A DNA stretch of 64,000 nt from a bacterium (GTDB lineage: Bacteria > RBG-13-61-14 > DATKZS01), in assembly GCA_963674965.2 (NCBI GenBank), contig CAXXFL010000005.1:480001-544000 (forward strand), given 5' to 3'. The stretch's first letter is position 1, and each line of letters begins with the position of its first letter. Of the stretch, positions 1-10,023 are shown piece by piece. Below the pieces are notes generated by a model. That model was not told where the DNA came from. It did not search any database and saw nothing but the letters and a program-made list of their open reading frames with translations. The translations under genes and the position numbers were made by a program.

Positions 1-788
1 TAGTCGTCGTTGACCGAGAGATAGAGAAAGCCCAGGGACTTGGACCACTCCGGGTCGAACTTGAGCTTCTCGAGGAATTTTTCTCCCGTGGCCAGGCTAA
101 TCTTGTAATAGGGCGACCAGATGGCTCCCCGCGTGGGAAAGACGGTCGCGATAACCGCGGCCGCCCAGAGAAGCGAATATATTAAAACGCGCCTTTTGTC
201 CAGCCCTTCCAGGAGCATCCAGAAAAGGTAGACGGCCCCGGCCGCCCCGAACCATAGCAGGGGCGAGGCGCCCATGACGCTCATTGCGGTAATGGCCAGC
301 ACCCCGGCGATGCTCCCGCCCAGGTTGATCGAGTAGCCGGGAAGGGGACGGAATCTGGAAAGGGCCGAGCCCAGCCGGCGTCCGAGAGGAATGAAGGTCC
401 ACACGTTCAGGACGAAGACTATCTCCGGGACGATCATCGAGGGAAAAAGACCGGACACGTTCAGCCATACCCTCTCCCCCCAGAAAGAGGGGAGGGGAAA
501 CAGCCCGACGTAATGAATCAGGGAGTAAAGGGAAAGTGAAATAAAAAGCCGGAAGGAAAGGGAGCGCGTCAAGGACTGGGCGGACGAGTCGTCCGGCTCC
601 GCGGCGCACCCGAGTCCGAGTCCCAGGAAGGATGAAATGAGCACCAGGTTGGTATAGTATCCGATGACCTTCAAACATCCCGGTACCCATCGGATCAGGG
701 CCAGCTCGAGGAAGAGGGCCAGAAAGGACACCAGGGCCAGGGAGGCCGCTTCCTTTGCCCCGGTCCCGGTCTTACCCGGCGAGGTCAT
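1..788 (-). CDS. Membrane-fused spermidine synthase-like protein, N-terminal part (runs off left edge; absent from ORF track)
   Basis: Manual translation from ATG 788: MTSPGKTGTGAKEAASLALVSFLALFLELALIRWVPGCLKVIGYYTNLVLISSFLGLGLG, later WSPYYKI and LSVNDD in the same frame; these motifs are typical of this family. Confidence 0.8.
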   Translation of the reverse strand, partial: MTSPGKTGTGAKEAASLALVSFLALFLELALIRWVPGCLKVIGYYTNLVLISSFLGLGLGCAAEPDDSSAQSLTRSLSFRLFISLSLYSLIHYVGLFPLPSFWGERVWLNVSGLFPSMIVPEIVFVLNVWTFIPLGRRLGSALSRFRPLPGYSINLGGSIAGVLAITAMSVMGASPLLWFGAAGAVYLFWMLLEGLDKRRVLIYSLLWAAAVIATVFPTRGAIWSPYYKISLATGEKFLEKLKFDPEWSKSLGFLYLSVNDD

Positions 789-832
789 GTATTCCTTTCG
801 CTTCGATCATGTGGCGGCCGATTCCCTCGCGG

Positions 833-1837
833 TCAGTATCCGGCGCAAAGGCCCTTTTTGAGCACCTTGTACCCGGGGCCGTCGGGGGTGAGGTAGACGT
901 AGCAAACGCCGGCCCCGTCTCCGGACACGCCCAGTATCTCGCCCTTGCCGTCCTCGTCCAGGTCGTAAACGGCCAGGGCCTTGAAAGGCAGGGGCGCGAC
1001 GGCCTTCGAGTAGCTCTCGCCCACCTTTTTAAAGGTGCAGGTAAAGAGCTTGACGTCGTCTATCTCGTATTCCTCGGAGGGACGCTCCCAAAAGGAAACG
1101 AAATAGACCATGTCGCCGTCCTTTTCCACGACCGCGGGAAGGACGGCCGCGTCCGAGTAGTCGGGCTCGGCCACGGTGTGTCCCTTTGCCAGGCCGTTGG
1201 CGCAGGAGTTGAAAAGGTTGTTCCAAAGCGCGTCATCGTCGCTCAGCGGTTCCTGGGCCTTTATCGGTCCCTCGGCGATGACGTGCTCGCCGGCCAGGGC
1301 CACGCCGTGGCGGGTGAACAGCGACGGGTCCACGTCCTTGTCGTCAAGCTTCAAGTCGGCGGCCATCTGGATCGTGGAGGGCGAGTTGCCCACGTAGGAG
1401 AAGCCCACCACGCTGGCCAGGTAGGCCTTGCCCGAGGCCGAGACCACGGTAAAGCGGTCGCCGATATTGAGGCCGCTCTTCTCCACGGCCCGGGCCCGTT
1501 GTTCCTTGTCCGTGACGATCACCCGCTTTTGGAACTCGATCAGGGGCTCGCTCGAGTCGAGGGTATTGACGAAGCCGTAAGGGTACTTGACGTCGGAGTA
1601 ATGGACGTCGAGCCCGATATATAGCTCGTTTTTCACCGGCGGGTCGAGAAACGTGTAAGGCTCGGTAAAGTAAAGCGTTTCGCCGGCCAGTTTCCTTTTG
1701 GGCGTCTCCGGCTCGGGAGCGGAGGTGACCGCCTCGGGCTCTTCCTTTTTCTTGCCCCAGTTAAACTGGGCCCAGGCCGAGCCGGAAACCATTATCATCG
1801 CCAATATTATGGACGCGAGCTTTACGAAATATTTCAT
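833..1837 (-). CDS. Secreted hypothetical protein
   Basis: 334 aa, signal peptide ending AWA, one DLDEDGKGEI Ca-binding-type motif. Confidence 0.75.
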   Translation of the reverse strand: MKYFVKLASIILAMIMVSGSAWAQFNWGKKKEEPEAVTSAPEPETPKRKLAGETLYFTEPYTFLDPPVKNELYIGLDVHYSDVKYPYGFVNTLDSSEPLIEFQKRVIVTDKEQRARAVEKSGLNIGDRFTVVSASGKAYLASVVGFSYVGNSPSTIQMAADLKLDDKDVDPSLFTRHGVALAGEHVIAEGPIKAQEPLSDDDALWNNLFNSCANGLAKGHTVAEPDYSDAAVLPAVVEKDGDMVYFVSFWERPSEEYEIDDVKLFTCTFKKVGESYSKAVAPLPFKALAVYDLDEDGKGEILGVSGDGAGVCYVYLTPDGPGYKVLKKGLCAGY

Positions 1838-2014
1838 TTATTTCCCCTTGGTCTTTTATAAAGCCGGGCCGTGGGCCGTATCGCGCCATGCCCATCTACC
1901 GATTGTATCTTGGGCATGGGCAAGTTTCAATCCTGCAAAAAGATTTCGGAGAAAGTTTATGCTGGCGTACCCGGCGTTTTCGGTTATACTCGATTATAGA
2001 TCGGAGGCAAGATA

Positions 2015-2386
2015 GTGGAACGAAGACAGTTCGCCAGGATTCCCGTAAGCATGCATCTTCGGTTTAAAAGTCTCGAGGCCGTCGAGAAGTACATCGGCGG
2101 CCAGGCCAACGACGTGAGTCAGGGCGGCATCTTTATCTTGACGCCCAACGTTCGGCCGGTGGGCACCAGGGTCGAGATGGAGATATCCGACTCGGGCGGC
2201 CGCGAGGTCAAGCTTACGGGTGAAGTCAGGTCCATACGGTACAGCGCGGGCAAACCCTCGGGCATGGGCATCGAGTTCACCGGCCTCGGACGCGAGGCCC
2301 AAAAGCTCGTCCAGGAGCTCGTGGACTTCCACCGCCGACAAAACCCCGTCCCCAACCGGGCGGCCCCCAAAGCCCTTACCAAGTAG
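2015..2386 (+). CDS. PilZ-domain (c-di-GMP-binding) protein
   Basis: ERRQFAR (RxxxR) and NDVSQGG (D/NxSxxG) motifs; GGAGG RBS before GTG. Confidence 0.9.
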   Translation: MERRQFARIPVSMHLRFKSLEAVEKYIGGQANDVSQGGIFILTPNVRPVGTRVEMEISDSGGREVKLTGEVRSIRYSAGKPSGMGIEFTGLGREAQKLVQELVDFHRRQNPVPNRAAPKALTK

Positions 2387-2592
2387 AAGAAGCGCGCGCC
2401 CAGGCGGAAAAAAATTCCTGAAGATATCGCCATTATAAAAGGCGTCAATGATTGAATCGGACCCTTGAAGTACCATCATCGCCTACAAGTCTTTCCGGTA
2501 GAAAACGCGGACATCCAGCCGCCATCTCCACCCGGAATTGGATGCTGGAGCGTTATCAGCTTTTGGGCCGTCAAGGTAGAATATCAAAAGCT

Positions 2593-2607
2593 TGGCACGG
2601 AATTTGT
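2593..2607 (+). promoter_or_regulatory. Possible sigma-54 promoter
   Basis: TGGCAC-GGAAT-TTGT, one mismatch to TGGCAC-N5-TTGC, in the AT-rich region upstream of 2925. Confidence 0.35.
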
Positions 2608-2924
2608 CTTATCTTCCATTCTCCTCCATATTTATCCAAATAATCCAGTAGGGGCAAAGACTTACAAAAAGCGCTACGAACCCTATAGGGTATCTATTCA
2701 CAATACTTTAACAATTTTTTACTTGACAAAATAACTTATTCGTACTACTGATATCATTCAATTTCATATCGGCGCGGGCTTAACCTATTTTAAATATTCA
2801 ACCGCGCCGGGAAAGGAGGTGTGGACCCGACAAGTACCATGGATTAAAACCTAAGTGACCTTGTATCGAACAATGCTCAAAGTAACGACTCGAAAGACAT
2901 TTAACGTCAGAAAAGGAGAAAGAA

Positions 2925-4370
2925 ATGAAAAAGGCAAACGCATGGTTTATCGGATTAATTCTCACCCTCATTCTTGCCGCCTCACCCGCCTTCGGGGCCA
3001 ACGTATTCGTCAGAGATGGCTCGACCTGTGTAACCAGTTGCGGAGCAAACTGGACTTCAGCTTATCCTACCGTCCAACAAGGTATCAGCGCCGCCACCAG
3101 CAACGACGTGGTCTGCGTTTTCAAAGGAGAATACTCCTATTACGACGACGAAAACAGCATGATTACAATGAAAGCTTACGTGGACGTCATCGGCGGGTTC
3201 TCCACCAATGACGACACCGGATGCGATATGGCCGACGACAGGCCAGGAGGAGAAACGGGCCACGTCCCGACGTTAAGCGTTCTGAATGGTGAGTATCAGG
3301 TTGGCGCCACCGTGTACAACGTGGACCACGTGGTCGTGGGAAACCAGTTTTCCGAGATAAACGGATTTCTTATCAAGAACGGAAAAGCCGACACTACGGG
3401 CTATGAGGACGGCGGCGGGCTTTACGTGAATTTGTCTGTAGGGCAGTCCTTCACGGTCAAGAACTGTATTTTCCAGGATAATGAAGCAAATGGCAGCGGC
3501 GGCGGCATGTATGTTGGATCATACACTAACGTCACTATCCAGAGAGTTATATTCCTTCGAAATAAAGCTTATGAAGAGACTGACGGACAAGGCGGCGGTG
3601 GACTTTTCGTTTATTATGGCAAAGCGGATATTGATGATTGCTCCTTTATAAAAAATTATGCGGTTGACAGCGGAGGAGGCGCGGGCCTTAGACTAACATA
3701 TGATACGAGCACCTTAGACAACGTGTCTTTTCTCGGAAATGAGTCGGATTGGGTGGCTGGTGGACTGCATCTTCTGCATGGTGAGACCGTCTACGTTACC
3801 AACGCGGAGTTCCGCGGCAATATCTCCGCTGAATGGGGTGGGGGAATGAGCGTTGACGGGTCCGGAGCGGAAGTATACAACGCTTTATTCATGAATAACT
3901 ACAGCGGGGCTTACGCAGGGGGCGTGGAAAGTTGGGGCTGGGACGCGGATCTAACCTTGTCATACTGTACTTTTATGGGTAACGAGGCCGCGAGTCAAGG
4001 AGGTGCAGTAGACACGGGATTAGACTCCGTCACTACAATCGAGAAAAGCATCATCTGGGACAATGTCGCTCCTACCGGCCCTTCGGTCTACCAGTGCACC
4101 GACGGAAGCGGCTGTTCCGTGACCCTTAATTACACCGATATCGAGGGCGGCTGGGCCGGCAGCGGCGGCAACAACCTGGACGCCCATCCCCGCTTCGACT
4201 TGACCAGTGAACTGGGCAGGGTTTACCTCAGCAACGCGAGCGACAGCCCCTGCATAGACGCCAGCAGCGAAACGGCCGCGGCGGCCGGCCTCGACTCCCG
4301 CACGACCCGGAAGGACCATACCACCGACTCGGGAACGGCGGACCTTGGCTATCACTACTATGCCAACTAA
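2925..4370 (+). CDS. Secreted right-handed beta-helix (Pmp-like repeat) protein with conserved-looking C-terminal domain
   Basis: Signal peptide; repeated FxxNxA...GGG(L/M/V) units; C-terminal SPCIDA...DSGTADLGYHY. Confidence 0.85.
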   Translation: MKKANAWFIGLILTLILAASPAFGANVFVRDGSTCVTSCGANWTSAYPTVQQGISAATSNDVVCVFKGEYSYYDDENSMITMKAYVDVIGGFSTNDDTGCDMADDRPGGETGHVPTLSVLNGEYQVGATVYNVDHVVVGNQFSEINGFLIKNGKADTTGYEDGGGLYVNLSVGQSFTVKNCIFQDNEANGSGGGMYVGSYTNVTIQRVIFLRNKAYEETDGQGGGGLFVYYGKADIDDCSFIKNYAVDSGGGAGLRLTYDTSTLDNVSFLGNESDWVAGGLHLLHGETVYVTNAEFRGNISAEWGGGMSVDGSGAEVYNALFMNNYSGAYAGGVESWGWDADLTLSYCTFMGNEAASQGGAVDTGLDSVTTIEKSIIWDNVAPTGPSVYQCTDGSGCSVTLNYTDIEGGWAGSGGNNLDAHPRFDLTSELGRVYLSNASDSPCIDASSETAAAAGLDSRTTRKDHTTDSGTADLGYHYYAN

Positions 4371-4391
4371 CGGAATCTCTTAGCGTATCCG

Positions 4392-4422
4392 GGCCCGCCT
4401 CTTTCCATGGAGGCGGGCCTTT
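4392..4422 (+). terminator. Probable intrinsic terminator
   Basis: GGCCCGCCTC / GAGGCGGGCC 10-bp stem followed by TTT, just after the 4370 stop. Confidence 0.6.
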
Positions 4423-4514
4423 GCTCGATTGGCCGCGGATATGGAAGCCCTGAAAATCTCGCCGCGCCCGGCTGGTTGATAAGCGATAAGAAAATCCTTT
4501 ATCATGTACTTCTT

Positions 4515-4701
4515 GAGTTTCTTGCAAAAGTGCTTATTCCTGGCGGCGTAGCCGCTTTGGAGCGCGGTCGCTTGAGACCGCTTTCGATGGCCTTGGCTTG
4601 ACAAGGCCTAAAAATACAACGGCTAGCCTCGCGTCAAGCCGCTCGGAAGAAAAGCGGCGTCGAGCCGCCGCACTCCAAAGCGGGACTTTTGCAAGAGGCT
4701 C
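4515..4701 (+). mobile_element. MITE-like element, copy 1
   Basis: Ends GAGTTTCTTGCAAAAGT / ACTTTTGCAAGAGGCTC; flanking direct repeat TCTT (4511-4514, 4702-4705). Confidence 0.9.
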
Positions 4702-4705
4702 TCTT

Positions 4706-5380
4706 ATGAAACTTGTCCTTTTCGACGTTGACGGCACGCTGGTGAATTCTCACCGGTTCGACGCGGATTGCTACGTCCGGGCGGTGGAGGATGTCCTGGG
4801 CGTAAAAGACGTTGACGACGACTGGTCCCATTACAAGCACGTGACCGATCAGGGGGTCCTGGCCGAGATATATCGGGAGAACTTCGGCCGGGAGATCGGC
4901 GGCGAGACGGTCGAGCGCTTCAAGGCGGAGTTCATGTCCACCATGAGGCGAAGACTCGAGGAGGCGGGCGAGGGCCTCGAGCCGGTCCCCGGCGCGATCG
5001 AGGCCTTTGGCGCCGCGCGCTCGGACAAGGACCTGGCCGCCGCCGTCACCACCGGATGCTGGCGCGTCTCGGCCCTGTTCAAGCTCGCGAGCGCCGGATT
5101 CGAGATCGGGAACGTCCCCGTCTTCAGCTCCGACGACGCCGTTTCCAGGGAGGGCATTATGCGCAAGGCCCTGGCCGACGCGACCCGGGAGGAGACCTCC
5201 CCTGACAAGGTCGTCTATATTGGCGACGGCGTCTGGGACCTTGCGGCCTCGCGCCGAATGGGGTTTGACTTCATCGCCATCGGCGAGGGATGGAAAGAAC
5301 TCGAAGCCCGGGGCGCGGCCAAAGCCTTCCCCGACTTCACCGGCCTCGAGGCGTTTTTGAAAGCTCTCCGCGCGCCGTAA
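4706..5380 (+). CDS. HAD-superfamily hydrolase
   Basis: MKLVLFDVDGTLV (motif I), YIGDGVWD (motif IV); the ORF-track extension to 4598 is MITE sequence. Confidence 0.92.
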   Translation: MKLVLFDVDGTLVNSHRFDADCYVRAVEDVLGVKDVDDDWSHYKHVTDQGVLAEIYRENFGREIGGETVERFKAEFMSTMRRRLEEAGEGLEPVPGAIEAFGAARSDKDLAAAVTTGCWRVSALFKLASAGFEIGNVPVFSSDDAVSREGIMRKALADATREETSPDKVVYIGDGVWDLAASRRMGFDFIAIGEGWKELEARGAAKAFPDFTGLEAFLKALRAP

Positions 5381-5506
5381 ATATCTTACTCCCCCCTCAC
5401 GCGGCGCGGGAGAGGCAATACTCTCCAAGGTGGACGAGACGCGGCGCATTTGGAAGGGTTTTTCCGGCGGGTTGATCGCTCCCCCTATGATGATTATGAT
5501 TTAAGC

Positions 5507-6688
5507 ATGGGACAAGGAAGGATAGAAGGGCTGGAGAGCGCCCGGCCGCCGAGTTTCGAGCAGGGCCCGATCCGGCCTCCGTCGGAGGCGAGGTCGCTTC
5601 TTGTCCGGGTGACGAGGAACTGCCCGTGGAACAAGTGCGAGTTCTGCCCGGTTTATAAGGGTACCAGGTTCTCGAAGCGGACGGTGGACGAGGTCAAGTC
5701 CGACATACGGGCCATGGCCTGGTGGCGGGAGAAGGCGGTCGAGGAGTCCTGGCGCCTGGGGTTTGGAGGAAGGCTGGACGGCCGCTCGATCCAGGCCGTT
5801 TACCGGCGGGGCCACGGAAGCCCGGAGATGACCTCCGTCCTCACGTGGATGACCGGCGGCGGGAAGACGGCCTTTTTGCAGGACGCGGACAACCTCATCC
5901 ATAAGACCGGCGACCTGGCCGAGATACTGACCTTCCTCCGGCGAACCTTCCCCGAGATCGAAAGGGTCACCACTTACTCGCGCTCCCGCACAATAAACAA
6001 AAAGTCGGCCGGAGAGCTGAAGGCGCTGAAGGACGCGGGCCTGGACCGGGTCCACGTCGGCCTCGAGAGCGGCTCCGACTCGGTGCTCGAGAAGATACGG
6101 AAAGGGGCCACGGGCCGGATTCACGTCGAGGCGGGATTGAAGGTCAAGGAGGCCGGGCTCGAGCTTTCCGAGTATCTCATGCCCGGCCTGGGCGGCAAGT
6201 CCCTGTCCGAGGAACACGCCCTCGAGTCGGCGCGGGTCCTGAGCGAGATCGACCCTCATTTCATCCGGCTCAGGTCGCTTGGGCTGAGGCAGGGCATCCC
6301 GCTTTTCGACGTCTGGCAAAGGGGGGAGTTCGACCCCATTAACGACGAGGAAATCGCCGCCGAGATAAGGCTCTTCGTCGAGAGGCTCGAGGGCATAAGC
6401 TCGTATATGGCGAGCGACCATATCCTTAACCTGCTTCCCGAGGTGGAGGGAAGGTTCCCGGAAGAAAAGGGGGCCATCCTCGACTTGATCGATCGCTTCC
6501 TTGGCCTTCCCGCGGAGGAGAGGATGATCTACGTGGTGGGCCGGCGCTTCGGGATACTGGGGGGGCTGGACGACCTTGACGACCCGTCCCAGCGCCGGGC
6601 GGCCCAGGCCGCCCTTGCCCGGGTCAGGGAGCACGGCGGCCCGGACGTTCACGAGACCATCCGCCAGATAGTTTCCCAGTTCATATAG
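5507..6688 (+). CDS. Radical SAM protein
   Basis: CPWNKCEFC (CxxxCxxC), IRPPSEA, GLESG; start position uncertain. Confidence 0.9.
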   Translation: MGQGRIEGLESARPPSFEQGPIRPPSEARSLLVRVTRNCPWNKCEFCPVYKGTRFSKRTVDEVKSDIRAMAWWREKAVEESWRLGFGGRLDGRSIQAVYRRGHGSPEMTSVLTWMTGGGKTAFLQDADNLIHKTGDLAEILTFLRRTFPEIERVTTYSRSRTINKKSAGELKALKDAGLDRVHVGLESGSDSVLEKIRKGATGRIHVEAGLKVKEAGLELSEYLMPGLGGKSLSEEHALESARVLSEIDPHFIRLRSLGLRQGIPLFDVWQRGEFDPINDEEIAAEIRLFVERLEGISSYMASDHILNLLPEVEGRFPEEKGAILDLIDRFLGLPAEERMIYVVGRRFGILGGLDDLDDPSQRRAAQAALARVREHGGPDVHETIRQIVSQFI

Positions 6689-6806
6689 GGAAAATTTTCC
6701 CGGTCCGGGAACATTTCTTTTATTGCAAAAATCATAAAATTAATATAAGATGTATTCAATAATGCTTAATTTAGATACAATTATCTTTAACAAGAAAGGG
6801 GAGGCC

Positions 6807-7469
6807 ATGGGCGAACTTGTCGATCGTGTCCTCGCGCGCCGGCCGGCGGCCATGGTCCTGGCCGTATTTTTTTGTTTGTTTATGGGGGCTTTTCCCGCCC
6901 TTGCCGGCGAGAAGGGGGCCATGGAGATCGGTCTTTCCTGGCATTATCCCATGGCCCAGGGTGACGCGAGCGAGTTGGAATCGGGCATGGCTTACGGCGC
7001 CATGTTCCAGTACTGGCTGAACTCGACGAGCACCATCGTGGTGGGACTCGACCATCTCAGTTTCGAGGTGCCCTTCACGCTGGACGGCGAGGACGTGGGC
7101 GGTACCTACGTAAGCAACGTGATCCACTTCGGCCTTCGCTACCGTCCCGAGCTGGACCTCTGGATACGGCCCTACGCCGAGGCGGGGCTGGGCATCCAGT
7201 TCTGGAACCTCGAGTACGACGCGGCCTACGTGGACCGGGGAGGAGGAGGGTCGATCGCCTATTGGGCCGGCGCCGGCCTCGAGTACGAGTTCCTTGAGGA
7301 CTTCGCCCTCGGGCTGAACGCTCGCTACTACTACACTCCCCTGGATGACAATATGGAGTACGCCGCCGAGACCATGCCCTCCCGCGACAAGTTCTTTATC
7401 CACAGGGATGAATTGAAATCGGTTGGTTTCTTCGAAGCCGGCGTCGAGATAACGTGGAAATTCAAGTAA
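6807..7469 (+). CDS. Outer-membrane beta-barrel protein (OmpA/OmpW-like barrel)
   Basis: Signal peptide, alternating strands, RPYAEAGLG, C-terminal aromatic (TWKFK); GGAGG RBS. Confidence 0.8.
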   Translation: MGELVDRVLARRPAAMVLAVFFCLFMGAFPALAGEKGAMEIGLSWHYPMAQGDASELESGMAYGAMFQYWLNSTSTIVVGLDHLSFEVPFTLDGEDVGGTYVSNVIHFGLRYRPELDLWIRPYAEAGLGIQFWNLEYDAAYVDRGGGGSIAYWAGAGLEYEFLEDFALGLNARYYYTPLDDNMEYAAETMPSRDKFFIHRDELKSVGFFEAGVEITWKFK

Positions 7470-7478
7470 AGGAGACAA

Positions 7479-7997
7479 ATGATGAAGCGGATTCCCTATG
7501 CGGCCGTCGCCCTTGTTTTACTGTTTTCCCTGAGCGCCAGGGCCGAGGCCGGGCCGGCCGGCTCGCTGGCCAACAGAAGCGGATACCTCAGCGTGGGCAT
7601 GGGCGGCGGTTTCATGATGGACCCCGACATGGGCGCGGGAATTTTCGGGCTGGACTACTACGTCACCGACGATATCTCGATAGGTCCCTATTTCCAGATC
7701 GGAAGCGGCAGCCACAACGACTACTGGGCCGTGAGCGGCCAGGTTAAGTTCAGCCCCGCCCTGGCCGGCAACCAGAGGATACGGCCCTATTGGACGGCCG
7801 GCATCGGGTTCGCCAACCTCGATTTCGCCGACCGCAGGGACACCGAGGAAGAAGACGATATCACTTACCTTTTTCCCATCGGGGGCGGGATCGAGTTCGA
7901 GCTGACCGACGTTCTCTCCGCCGACATGGGCGCCGTATGGAACCTGACGGAGGATTCCTTTTCCGGCCTGACCCTGGGCATGCGCTTCCTGCTCTAA
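7479..7997 (+). CDS. Outer-membrane beta-barrel protein
   Basis: Signal peptide, RPYWTAGIG, GGGIEF, C-terminal LGMRFLL. Confidence 0.8.
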   Translation: MMKRIPYAAVALVLLFSLSARAEAGPAGSLANRSGYLSVGMGGGFMMDPDMGAGIFGLDYYVTDDISIGPYFQIGSGSHNDYWAVSGQVKFSPALAGNQRIRPYWTAGIGFANLDFADRRDTEEEDDITYLFPIGGGIEFELTDVLSADMGAVWNLTEDSFSGLTLGMRFLL

Positions 7998-8064
7998 ACT
8001 GCCGAGCTATTGGCTGATAACGCGAGCGACGTCCCGGCGGCGGCGCTCGCGATCTATATTACCT

Positions 8065-8382
8065 TCATTCTTCCGGGGCGGCGCACTCGTCGCCGGATTT
8101 CGAGCCGGGCCAAAGGGCCTTAAACCGGCATACTATCCAGCGCCAGTGGAGAATGATATGGACGATCAGCAAGACGGACAGGACCACGCCCATCCAGAAA
8201 TGCACGTCGCCCCACTCGTGCCTGGTCATGCCCCAAACCGTTTGCACGAAGCGCGACCCTCCGTGCCTTCCTCCCGACCCCGGGGGCAGGGCCCATTTAA
8301 TCATGACCCCGATGGCCACTAGACCCACCATGTCCAGGAACATGGCCAGGTCTATCCAGAAATTGATCCATATCTTTTTCAC
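8065..8382 (-). CDS. DUF4405-type small membrane protein (cytochrome b-like His pattern)
   Basis: GGAGG RBS then GTG at 8382; INFWIDL, HEWGDVHFWMG, HIILHWRWI. Confidence 0.85.
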   Translation of the reverse strand: MKKIWINFWIDLAMFLDMVGLVAIGVMIKWALPPGSGGRHGGSRFVQTVWGMTRHEWGDVHFWMGVVLSVLLIVHIILHWRWIVCRFKALWPGSKSGDECAAPEE

Positions 8383-8517
8383 GGTCTTACCTCCGGCTGA
8401 TTTATAAGCGCGGCCGTTTTTTAGTCTTGTCTTATAATACGCCCGGATCCCGGCATTATTGTACTCGAGGTCCATAGTCTTGTTATAATCGGCCATTCGA
8501 TCTTGGGAGATAAAAGC

Positions 8518-9936
8518 ATGAGCGAGGAATTCGGCCTTAAGCGCGTACTTGGTCTTGGCGAGATAGTGGCCATCGAGGTGGGAACCACGGTGGGGGCCGG
8601 CGTTTTCGTTCTCACCGCCGAGGCCGTCAAACGCGCGGGGGCCGCGGTCCCACTCGCTTATCTTTGCGCCGCCGTTCCCATCGTCTTCGTGATGATGACG
8701 GTGGGCATGCTCGGGTCGGCCATGCCCACGGTGGGCGGCAGCTACCGCTACCCTTCCCGTTTGTTCTCGCCGGGATGGGCCATGGTGGGGGTCTGGTGTT
8801 ACGCCCTGGCCATGGTCTTCGGGGCCCTTCCCATGTACGCCGTGTCCTGCGTGCATTATCTCCAGGCCCTTTTCCCGGACTGCCAAATACCAACCAAACT
8901 CGCCGCCATCGTCCTCCTTACCGTCTTTTACGCGGTCAACGTCTTCGGCGTCGAGTTGGCCGCGTCCGTGCAGGGACTGATGGTCGCCGTTCTCCTGCTG
9001 GCCCTCGCGGCCTTCGGACTGGCGGGAATTCCCCAGGTGGACCCCGCCAACTTCAGCGACCTCATGGGCAAGGGCGCGGGCGGGTTCGTCATCGCCGTCT
9101 GCATACTGACCTTCGCCCTCCAGGGATCGAACTCGGTCATCGAGTTGGGGGCCGAGATAAAAAACCCGGCCCGGAACATACCACTTTCCCTGCTGATCGC
9201 CATCCCTCTCGTCGCCTTCCTGTACGTGCTCGTGTCCGTCTCCGCCGTGGGCGGCATGGACCTCGGCGCCTGGATGGAATTCGGGGACAAGGCCAACCTG
9301 ACCCAGCCGGCCCAGGCCATCATGGGCGAGAAGAGCGCCATGTATTATTTCTTCGTCATCGGCGGCGCTTTGTTCGCCTTCACCACCACTTTGAACGGGA
9401 CCTACCTTTGGGCCACCAAGTCGCTCATGGTGGTGGCCAAGGACGGGATGGTCCCTACCGTCCTGGCCAGGACCTCCCGCTACGGAACGCCCACCATCTT
9501 TCTCACCATCTTGTGGGCCCTCTCCTCGGCGGCCGTCCTGGTGGACGCGGGCATGGACACCTTCGCCCAGTACGCGACCATAGGCGGCATGATCGTGTTC
9601 ATACCCTCCATGATCGCCGCCATGAAACTGCCCAAAATGGCGCCCGAGCTTTATAACCGGCCCGGCTTCAGGCTGCGCGGCCCTCTCCTTTATATAGCGC
9701 CCTCCATCGGGGTGGTCTCCTCGGTCCTTTTAATCCTCATCCTCTTCGTCAATCTCGAGCTATGGTCCATCCCCTTTATCGTCTGGGCCATTATCGGGGT
9801 CCCCTTCTACGTGCTGAGAAGGAAAAGCGTGGAGAAAAAAACCGGGGTCCCCTTTTCCGAGTACGTGAAAAACGACCTGCAAAGCATGATCGAAAAGGGA
9901 CTGGCCGAGCAAGACCCGCCGGACGGAAACGATTAA
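8518..9936 (+). CDS. APC-family amino acid permease
   Basis: LKRVLGL, VGAGVF, GGSYRY, EIKNPARNIP; about 12 TM segments. Confidence 0.92.
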   Translation: MSEEFGLKRVLGLGEIVAIEVGTTVGAGVFVLTAEAVKRAGAAVPLAYLCAAVPIVFVMMTVGMLGSAMPTVGGSYRYPSRLFSPGWAMVGVWCYALAMVFGALPMYAVSCVHYLQALFPDCQIPTKLAAIVLLTVFYAVNVFGVELAASVQGLMVAVLLLALAAFGLAGIPQVDPANFSDLMGKGAGGFVIAVCILTFALQGSNSVIELGAEIKNPARNIPLSLLIAIPLVAFLYVLVSVSAVGGMDLGAWMEFGDKANLTQPAQAIMGEKSAMYYFFVIGGALFAFTTTLNGTYLWATKSLMVVAKDGMVPTVLARTSRYGTPTIFLTILWALSSAAVLVDAGMDTFAQYATIGGMIVFIPSMIAAMKLPKMAPELYNRPGFRLRGPLLYIAPSIGVVSSVLLILILFVNLELWSIPFIVWAIIGVPFYVLRRKSVEKKTGVPFSEYVKNDLQSMIEKGLAEQDPPDGND

Positions 9937-10023
9937 TGCGGCCGCCGGGTCCTGACTTGGATCATGGGTGGCGCGGATAGCTACCCGCGATGCGTAAGCC
10001 GCCGGGTGGCGCAGGCAAATTCG

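Noticed and set aside
97-690. 197-aa minus-strand ORF from the track
   Set aside because: Wrong frame; the overlapping frame starting at 788 carries recognisable family motifs
8383-8886. N-terminal extension of the 273-aa minus ORF
   Set aside because: Antisense to the permease; an RBS and GTG at 8382 define the real gene
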